From assembly GCA_001244265.2 (NCBI GenBank), contig CDLV01000017.1:248001-312000 (forward strand): a DNA stretch of 64,000 nucleotides, read 5' to 3'. The position numbers and the translations under genes are program-made. Source of the DNA: Microbotryum violaceum (Eukaryota). Below are positions 54,576 to 64,000 of the stretch, one piece after another (position 1 is the stretch's first letter; every line of letters begins with the position of its first letter). Under the pieces are notes generated by a model, which saw nothing but the letters and a program-made list of their open reading frames with translations, did not search any database and had not been told where the DNA came from.

Positions 54576-57500
54576 TCAACGAACGGTCATGGCCTGGCAG
54601 ATGTTCCACACGCGTTGACCGTGAGGTGCATGCTTCAAGACCGACTGCATGATGAGGGCGGAGAGGTCAGCGTTTTTAGCCCCATCATGTTTGGTCGTTA
54701 CTTACCGCATGCTGCGACACCGTGCGAGCAATTATGATGCGACCGTCATAAGAAACCGAGTTGCCGCCCGTCAAAAGGACGCTGATGAGTTGGGCACCGT
54801 TCGCATGAGAAGCGACGTCGACGAGGACAGGAGGGCGGCTGTGAAATCATGCCCCTTTTCAGTCTATGAACTCAACGCCGATACTTGGACGGGCGAGTGA
54901 GCTCACCTATCTTGTGATCGGCAGATCACCTCGACAAAGGTTGCCACTGCGTGAGCCTGAATTTTGCCCGTGCGGATCGCCTTTTCGAGAGCCTTGGCTC
55001 CAAACGAATCGAGCGCGAGACGAGGGGCGATGTCCATCAACTTGGCACGGAAGGGAAGCGCGTTGCGATCGAGCAAGGTGGAAAGAACGAAACTGCCGCA
55101 AGACGACTTCGCGACCTGCTCCATGCTGTCGTACAGTTCCCTCGCGATGACCGATGTGTGAGCCGCAGGCCAATCCTCGAGAGTGTGTTGGCAAACGAGC
55201 GAGCCTCCTTCCTCTTTCGTGATCTGTGTAGCGTGGTTACCCGCGTCAGTGACTGCTGGCTCATTTTGTTTTTGGGCTCTGCACATAGGTCATTCACGCA
55301 CCTCGGCCCAAAGACCGCGACCCGTGCGCGCGAGTCCTTCGTAAAACTCGGGCGAGTTCACGGTTGAGAGTAGCCGGTTCCAGCAGTGACATGCATTCTT
55401 CGACGTCAGGGTCAAGGGCTGGTCCATAATTCTGTGAGAAATAAATAGCAACCAACGCATATCGGTGTTCGAATATGTATACCAACTAATGTACTCACTC
55501 TTTTACCACGAGGGTCTGGACACAGGCGCATAGAGAGGTTTAGTGAAGGGTTAGCTAGACACTGTGGCAGCACATGAGTAGCGCACCTTGGTCACTTGAC
55601 CGCCATAATCCAGCAGCCTTTGGACGACATGACACCCCGCATGATCGAGTGCAAGTTCGAGGAACCTTCCAGTGAGCCTCTGCGTGAACGTTGAAGCGAG
55701 CTCGCTGCCACCGTACTCGAGGCACCGCGAGACGAGGAAATTGCCTATCACGGACGGGATTCAATGCCATAGTCGACGATGTCAACATTGGATTTGAAGC
55801 TGATATTTGAAGTATCTTGAAACCTACCGAACTTGGACACCGCTAGGGGTAGCAAGTGCTTCGAGACGGCATTGAACAACGACCGACGCCTCAGGTCGGA
55901 CGAGGTGCTGCGCACGCGTTGCTGAAGGAACAGGGAGCACTGCTGATCGTTCTGGTTCATGACGCGTCGAACGAACGCCTAAAGAGATAGATTCAGCCTC
56001 GTATTAGCCTATGCGTCAATTTATAGGCCTTTTCCTATAACACAATTGTTGTACCAACCTCATCGTCAATGTCGGTCTCATTCTCGAGGAGCGCTCGGTA
56101 GTTGATGTGCTCGAACGACTGAAGAGTCTCATCAACGAGATCAGTCCAGGGTTCGTTCCCTAGTTTAAACTCTGCGTTTCACTACTCACCGTCTGCCTGG
56201 TGATCCACAGAGGTTGAGCCTCGAGCGGAGAGATTGCCGACATGGAGCGACCACGATCACGATCCCTGTCGCGACCTTGATGACCTTGCCCTCCAGTATG
56301 GTGGATCGGTCCCGGTTCACTTCCGTGCGACCGCCGATGTCCACTCGGCTTCTCGGTCCACAGAGGTGGTACGACCGAGTTGGAAGAAGAGGTCGAGAGG
56401 TCTTGGCTCGTCGGTTCACCTCGGAGAGTCTCACCTGGCGCGGGCAAAGCACCTGCGCCGAATCGGAACGGTCCTCGACCACCCTCGCCGCCGGTCGCAC
56501 CATTGAAGCCTCCAATATTGCCAGGACTGGACACGAAGCGGTACTCTGCAAGTTTTGAAATTGAAAGACCTTGCGAGACGACAGGAGAATGAGCAACAGA
56601 CGATGATGCCGATCCATAGTGCGACAAGGATCCAGCGGTGCTGCAGGTGGCGGCGTCTTCGGTAGTGTGACTTCCGATGGAATCGAGAAAGCTACCAATC
56701 GAAGAAGACGGGGTGTGGTACCGGCCGTGGTGAGGAGTATGGAGAGAAGCATAGGTTTTCAGGCTTGATTCGACTTGGCCACCGCTGCCGTAGGTGCGAC
56801 CTCCACCGTTCCCGCCCGAGGCTGAAAGTGGACGAAGAGGGGTCAGGATGGGACGTTGGTGGGGTGCGTCGTACACAGCGTGGAAAGGGTTCTGAGGTCG
56901 TTGCTGCTGGTGCTGGTTCATCAAAGCATTTTGTACGAACCCACGAAGTTGATCGAGCTCTTGCGACTTGCTCATCCTGTCGCGCTCGAGTGCAAGAACC
57001 CGATCGCGCAGCAACATGGACATATCCGAGAGCATCCCGACTCGATTCGCCAATTCGAGTGTCGATGTGGTCAAGGTCGGAGTCCACTCGAGACCTATGC
57101 TTTGTCTCGCCAGATCGGCGACATCATCCCGAGAGGATCGTTGGGGAGGGTCCTGCCATTGACGAAGGTACTCGTGCTGGGCATCTGAGTGGAGGTGCAG
57201 GCTCCCCATCGAGTCTTGACGACTCGCCGCTCGGGCAGGTGGGTCGGTCCAGATGTTGTGACCTAAGATGGACGCAGACGCTGACGAAGACGCTTCTCCA
57301 AAGGTTGTACCATTTGAGGGACGAGTGGCAATCGCCTGGCTACTAAGGTCGGCTTGTGAGGTCCAGGCACGCGAGAGAGAGGCGGGCATCGATGCGCGCG
57401 AGGTGGAGGGGCGATCGCCGTCGCCGTCGGTCTCTCGGAAGAAATGGAACGGCGTCATCCTACCAGTCAGTGCATCTACGGGGCTCTGAGCCGATTCGTA

Positions 57501-57968
57501 CGTGTCGTCGTGGGATTGCTGAAACTGGGAAGGCGGGCGACCGGGGTTCGACGAGCGCAAGTGGGGCGTCGTCGTGATCGAAGGTCGGTCGTACGAAGCC
57601 ACGTCTAGCTGCAGCGGCGAAGGTGACTTGGCGATGAGAGCTGCCAGGGGTGAGTCCGATGCGATGGGATTGGAGCTGGTCGGCGAGCAGTAACGTTCAG
57701 GTAAGGACAGAGAGCGATAATGTGTTTGGCGAGATTGAGAGGAAGCAGTGGTAGTGGTAGTGGTAGTGGTAGTGCTTGTCGTTGAAGTGGATGCACTCGT
57801 CGTATGGGACGGCGGTGCGACGTTGCGCGGACGGCGCGACTGAGGCTGAGCTTGGGGCTGGGGCGTGTGAGGAGTTGGCTCCTCGCTGTCAAGCGCCGAA
57901 AGTCTAACCCCCGCATTGCTCGTTTTACGACCATCGCCGTCTTCACCTTTGGTACTACTCGACGACAT
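54576..57968 (-). CDS. Pumilio/PUF-family RNA-binding protein (long disordered N-terminus, multi-exon PUM domain)
   Basis: NDQQCSLFLQQ, SKFG/NFLVSRCLE, LALDHAGCHVVQRLLD, GGSLVCQHTLE and LALDSFGAKALEK repeats. Manual splicing ends …GQRVWNICQAMTVR*. Confidence 0.85.
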
Positions 57969-58615
57969 GATCGTCCCCTCCTCTATTTGCGCGTCACAAA
58001 TCCGAGTCGAAATAGTGCGATGGTTTGCGAGGCGATTGGAAGCTGTTGGTAAAGTGGGGTGACTTGACGGTTCTTTGTAAGTCGGCAAGTGGTCGAGATG
58101 AAGAAGGGAAGCGGGTGAAACGAAGCAGTGAATAAAGGTGACGATGCTATGCTGACGTGATATGAGGTTGTGGAGTAAGAAGCAGAGCGGAAGAAACAAT
58201 TGGATGTGTAGGTGTGGTGACTAGGTCGCCGCACAATGCATGCGGACGCGGATGGAGTGGTAAGGATGAGGATGAGAGAGAGAGGTGAGAGATGCGCTTC
58301 GAGCGCGGGGGGCGGGGCAAGGAGCGAACCGTGCACGATCCCCCCGGAGTCAGTATCACGTTAGCACCATTCAGCAGCTGTGTGAACTAGGTGGAGCGAA
58401 GCCGGTGAAACAAAAGGATATTTATTACAACACGGGTGCCACAACCTATAGAGCAGCAATTCAAGTCGAGAGCGGCCGAGATGGAGAGGCACATGAAGTC
58501 GTTGGTTGCACGCACCGGGCTGCAAAAGTTTCAGCCACTGTCGGCGACGCAGAATCGAAGTGAAAACATCAGCAAAGCATTCAAAGAAAACGTCATCGCA
58601 CCCACAACAAGAAAC

Positions 58616-60220
58616 TTACGTCTTCCTGGCGGTGTTGGTGTACCCCGTTCCGACACAACTGAGCGTGTACTGCTCCGCCGGTGCTGCTCTCCTATTCCTC
58701 TTGGCGACCCTATCGACGTCCGTTGAGCCATCTTCATTCTCATCCTCATTAGCACCCTCGTCTTCTGGTATGTCAGTCGTAACGGGCTTGATCTTGAACG
58801 TCGTGCCGAAGAAGGCTTTGAGGTCCCGGAGGTGCTCGATGCTGAGAATCGGAAAGTCCGAAGAGCGGAGGGCATCAGATACGTGATCTGAACCGCGAGC
58901 GTAATACCCAATCGAAGATCCCCCACTTACAAGAACGCATCAAATGGTCCAGCGATCGTACACTTCCCAACATCTTCACCCCCCAGGACCAACATCAACG
59001 TGACAAGCCATTCCCATCCTCGATCGACGCAGCCCCCTCTTCGAATCTCCTCCAGCAGTTCTTGCGCGGCCTGAACGCCAAGTTCTTCAGGGGAGGGAGG
59101 CGCCCAGTTCTCGGGCTTTCGAAGGGGTGGGCACGAGCTCGCTTCAGTCGAGTGGATCACTTGGGATGTCGAGGAGGCGACGAGCGTGAGGGCGTAACCG
59201 GGGGACCTGAGAAACGAGGAAGGATACGAGAAGAGGGAGTTCGGGCGCCTTTTCTCCTCGAAAGATGAATTCGAATATCCACTCACTTTCCGCTATCCTC
59301 TCCACGGTAGACATCGGTATGAATGTAGACGTCGGGGATGTACCGATTAAGCACGGATCGAGCCGAAGCTACAAGTCGATTCGCGAGTTGAGGCGATACT
59401 CGGACAGAGTGCCTGGTATGAGTGACCCCCGTCCCCATCAATAAATGTCGATATCAAGTCATTGTATGTAGTCAACACGACTCACGCGATGCCTCGGATC
59501 TTGTTGATCCTCCCGACGCTCGTGAAGTCGAATCCGCTCTTGATGGACCGGACGATAGGGCAAGCGAAGATGACTTGACCACCTCCAAGTGGCGGATGAC
59601 CTCGTTTCAGAATCTTGTTAACATGAATCAGAAGTATGGACGAGCTCGGGTTAGTATTCGCTTGCCCTGCTCTCTCCGAGCCCGAAAAAGCAAATCTTCG
59701 CGCTCCGCTCCGGGCTCGGGCTGATTAATGGATACTGCAATGGACCTACCCTCAATTCGACCTCTTGATTCTCCATAAACATGGTCAAATGTGGCAGGCC
59801 ACTAACCCTGACCGTATCAACACTCGCATCCCTCCCATCCGTCGTCGTGCCCTTCAAATCCAACCTCAACTCGCTCTTCCCAAAAGGAGCAATCGCCAAC
59901 AACGGTTCCAAATACCAACCGATCGAACGTTCCATAGCACATTGGTGCGTGAAGGATCCTCCGGATAATGTCCCGGGGTGGAAGAGGATCGAAGTACCGG
60001 TGTAGGAGATCTCGACGCGAGAACCTTGGGTGATTTTCTCGATCAGGCGAAGGAAAGAGACTTCGTATGGACGGAGACCGGGGGAGGAGAGGGAGGAACG
60101 GATCGAGTCGATGCGGATCGGTCGACGGGAGAGGAGGGAGAGGATCAGCCGGTGGCGCAAGTGGGAATGGGTCTTGAAGTGCAGTACGCGGCTCGAGGCG
60201 ACGACGGGGGTCGAGGTCAT
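58616..60220 (-). CDS. RCL1: RNA 3'-terminal phosphate cyclase-like protein (18S rRNA biogenesis)
   Basis: LRHRLILSLLS, PGLRPYEVSFLRLIEKITQGS…EISYTGT, KRGHPPLGGGQV, IRGIA, SPGYALTLVA, LLEEIRRGGCVD and LSCVGTGYTN motifs. Confidence 0.95.
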
Positions 60221-60696
60221 CGTGGACGAGCTTGCCGCCAGGGGCGCCCTGTTGGAGGACAAATGTCGAAGTAAGTACCAAGTTATGAGTAACGTAGTAC
60301 CAGGGTACCCTGTACTGACATGGTGGCGAGGATTGGGCTGGGTGAGGTGGGGGATACGACGAAGGAAGCGGAGAAGGGAGGATGGACATCCGCGCCTGCG
60401 AAGGATTCTGTCCCAAGTCTCAGTCTGCGAAGAAGGTCCGAGCGTCTCAGCCATCTGGGCACCTTCTCATCGATCGAAATGCTGCAATCTCCTCTCTTGC
60501 CATCATTGATCGCACCGAGTTCCTTTGCACTTTGATCCCTGTCTATCTACAGAAAAAAAGAAGTTACACATCCAGAGGCAAAACCTGCACATGCGCGTGT
60601 AAAATGGGGGCGTCCGCAGCAGCACTGCAGCAAAGATACAAAAAAGACCAGCCCGTCGCCAATGTACGAGGTATGAGTGAACGAGCTAATTCCGAG

Positions 60697-63600
60697 TCAT
60701 TCTTGCATCCTATCATCATCGCCTTCCCCCTTATCCGAAGCCCCTACGACACTCTTATCATCGTCGTCACTATCGACGCCCAGACCCCTGTTCGAGAACC
60801 CCGGCACGAACGTCCTCCAAGGTCCTCGCACCTTCTTGGAACCTTTCTTCTTCTTCCTCGGACCACGCCCATCCCCAACCACCGCTTTCTCCCCCTCCGC
60901 ATCGGTTGCTTGATATCCTCCTTCGTCGTCCTCGTGCTTCCCCGCATCGTCCTCGTCCCCCTCCTCATCCGAATGCCGATAATGGTGCTCATACATCTGT
61001 TCGCGATGCCGTCTCGACACCTCGTCATCACTACTCGACGACTCGACCCCGCCCGCTTGATCGTTCGAATCAAAATCGCCACCTTCGGAACTCTGGCGTT
61101 CGGTCGAGGGAGTTCCGGGCGTGATGGTCGAAGCGACGCTCGTGCCCGAACTACTCGGTTGACTCCGAATCGAACCAGGTCGAGGGTTCGGCGTCGAGCT
61201 CGAATAACTCGACGCTCGTGTCGGTTGCGGTGCATGCGTCTGTTGGGACCAATGATGGATCGGCATTGAACGTGGTGTCGACTCGCTCGTCATTCCACTC
61301 GCTACGCCGGCATTACTGCTGTTGACCGAAGCGACGGCGTGCGAGGTCAACTGCTGGTGCATCCCAGAATAGCTGCGATGCGTCGGCGTGGGTCGACCAG
61401 GTGGTACGAACGCTGCGTTGCCCTCAGCAAACGCAGGCGCCCGATTCGCTGTTAGGGAAGGCGCCGGTGCGGCTTGCTGAACCTGGGGTCGCGATGGCGT
61501 AGCCAAAGGAGGAGCAGGCGAAGGCACCAAGGTCGGTGTCGCAGCAGCAGGTGCACTGCCGTTCCTCCCGACCCAAAAGAGGACGAGCTGATCGGCGTAA
61601 CGTTGCAGTTCGTCGACAGGAATGACAAGGCGAAAGTCGTTGAGGAGCAAGAACTGTAGCTCGAGTTGATTCAGTTCTTGCAGGGGTAGTCCGCCAACCT
61701 GTGCATTGAAGCGGGCAAACACAGATCAGTGGGCAGTCCAGACGCCTAACCTGGTTACTTCCATCCGACGCACCTTTGCATATCGCGAATTCGTATAAAA
61801 CACATCACTGAAAAACTTAGACGCGACCGTCACACCGGCGATGACCAACCGATGCACGTTGAAGCTGTCGATCGCGAAAGGTCTCGACTCGGGTGGTGCA
61901 GGTCCTCCTCGACCGCCGATCGACGCCCCCGGTCCCGCTGGACCAGGCTGTAAGCCCAAGCGTTGGGCTTCCAACCCGACCCTTGCCATGCGATCAAAGT
62001 AGACGAGCAAGGATAAGAAGACCTCGTTCGTCGTCGGGCAGTACTTGAGGATGCGCAACAGGTACGCCTCGATCGAGATGGCGGGGATGTTCCGTGCGTG
62101 AAAGCAGAGTGTTGCGGAGGCAGACGAGAGGGCGTTCGACGAAGCCGTGAGGAGCGACGTACTCGGCGGTTCGGCGAGTTTCGGACTCGGTGGCTTCACT
62201 GGTACTGAAGGCGATGAGGCCGAAGCGGTTCGACTCGACCCCTGACTCAGTGCTGTCGACGACGCGCCGGCGTTCGAGCTGGACCGAATGTTGGCCCTCG
62301 GGTCCTCGTATTGCTTCTTGAGGAAACTGTTCCCTCTCCTCCGCGACAGAGGAATGGGCGCATGCGTGCCTCCCAGGCTAGGCATAAAACCCTCGACGCC
62401 CCCCCCTGCCCCAACTTCTCGCAAGAGATCGACGCCAGGGGTGACGGGCATCTCTTCTGCCGGTGTCGCAGCACCCGAGGGGCCAGCAGAGGAGGAGGAG
62501 TCATCCTCGTCCTCAGGTACACCACGTCGATACCTCGGCGTGGCAGGCGAGTTGAGCGGGGCCGCATCGAACCGACCCGCCTGGAAAGCTTGCAACGTTT
62601 CGGCATCGTCCTCGTTCCTATTCCTGTGTGCACCACCTGGTGTATTCCGCCCCGAGCTCGACTGCGAAGACACCGCCGAAGCCGATGCATTACGCTGACG
62701 CAGCACGTCGTTGGCCTGGGCGATCTGGTCAAGCAGCGATGCGAGCAGTCGAAGCAGATCCGCCGAAGGGTAGTTGACGATGTCGACATGCCGATGGGGC
62801 TCGGCTGCGGGCGGAACATCGGATGTTATGGTCTGATCGCCATCGACGTTGGATATCGGTGGTGCGGTCGGGGCAGAGACGGAGTCGCGCTGATCCGAGT
62901 CCTCGATTTGCATCGGTTGATCATCACCGACCAGATCCGCTTCGGTGTCGGCCGCATCTCCGTCGTCATCGATCGCGGACTCATCGTTCTCCGCGTGTGC
63001 TCCACTCTGGTATCCTTGCCCCCCACCAGAAGCAGAAACACCGGTCTCGAAGCTGCCCATCCTCGCCGCTTTCCGCCTCGCAGGCCGAGTCGGATCCCGT
63101 GTCGCCTTGGATGACGAGGAGGATGTCGCACTCGGAGCGGCATCGTCGTTCCAGGTCAAGTGGGCGGACGAACTCCCCGAGGACAGCGTCGATGCTCTTC
63201 TCGTTTTGGGCGGCGGCGCGGCAGAGGTCGAGGGTGCGGCAGAAGAGGTCCAGCTCGCACTCGAACCCGCGGCACCAGGGATGGGCGCAAGTTGTTTCGC
63301 CGTTGCGGTCAAGCAGGATGACGTGCGCGGCTCCGTCTCTTGTACGGACAAGCCGGCTAAAGCCAAAGGTGCCGAGTCGTCATGATGCGGGGGCTGGTGG
63401 TGGTGCTGCGGCGGGGCGTGAAGCGACGGCGACAACGATCGTGATGTCGTAGGTACGTCGACGCTCATGGAGGAAGCGCGAGGCGGGGCGTAGGTCGCGG
63501 GGCTTTCGCCGCCGCCGTCGACAGGGGTGCCTCGCGAGCTGGGATCCGCGGTGGCTCTGTCGTGGCTGCTGCTGCTGTGGCTGCTGCTGGTGCTGACCCG

Positions 63601-63984
63601 GTCAAACGAGATGTCGCGAGGACGTCGCTCTTGGGGTACAAAGTCACGACCCTTGCTGAGCTGTCGACCCGAACCCAAGGAGTGCGTACCTGTGTGGCCT
63701 TCCGAACCCGAGGTGCCGAACAAGGACGAGGACGAGGTGAAAGCGGAGGAAGGTGGGGAGCTCGACGAGGCCGACGACGGTGAGGGGGAAGGGGAGGTCG
63801 GCTCGAGGGTATGTGGTTGCGAGTCGGGGTCGTGACGGTCGAGTTGGGTCGTCGCGTATTGGGGTAGGAAGGTCGAGTTGGGTGCGGGGGCGAACAAAGG
63901 CGTCGACATCAAGTGAAGGCTGTGGTGTGCTGCCGCCGCGCCAAAGTGGGAGCGAGTCTCGAGGTCGCGTCGACGACTGTCCAT
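60697..63984 (-). CDS. Pho80/Pcl-family (Pho85-type) cyclin with long low-complexity extensions
   Basis: FHARNIPAISIEAYLLRILKYCP, NVHRLVIAGVTVASKFFSDVFYTNSRYAK/VGGLPLQELNQLELQFLLLNDFRL; intron at about 61700-61773. Confidence 0.92.
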
Positions 63985-64000
63985 GACGAAGGAGGTGGGT

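Overview
GC-rich, intron-containing fungal genomic DNA. Short GT..CTGAC..AG introns, gene content and CpG-focused decay of transposons suggest a basidiomycete, probably Pucciniomycotina/Microbotryum-like (inference). Housekeeping genes: ERG1, gamma-tubulin, a hidden multi-exon NSL1/MIS14-like kinetochore gene, MET8, a DAO/TDA3-type oxidoreductase, a PP4R1-like HEAT protein, class II cAMP phosphodiesterase PDE1, a PUF protein, RCL1 and a Pho80/Pcl cyclin. The accessory core (about 8-38 kb) holds a fold-back/TIR-like element with 23-bp arrays, three paralogous secreted S8 subtilases and a probably GPI-anchored AA5 glyoxal oxidase. Subtilase 3 looks intact. Subtilases 1 and 2 share a near-identical ~550-bp conversion tract carrying the same +1 frameshift. 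Subtilase 2 is a pseudogene split by a 10-kb Copia element (5-bp TSD ACGAG). Nested in the Copia RT is a chromovirus with three LTR copies, an inverted pol, a 333-bp fold-back palindrome and non-canonical ends; its topology resembles an autointegration inversion product that was fixed in the chromosome. All gene calls come from manual motif recognition and manual splicing, not database searches.
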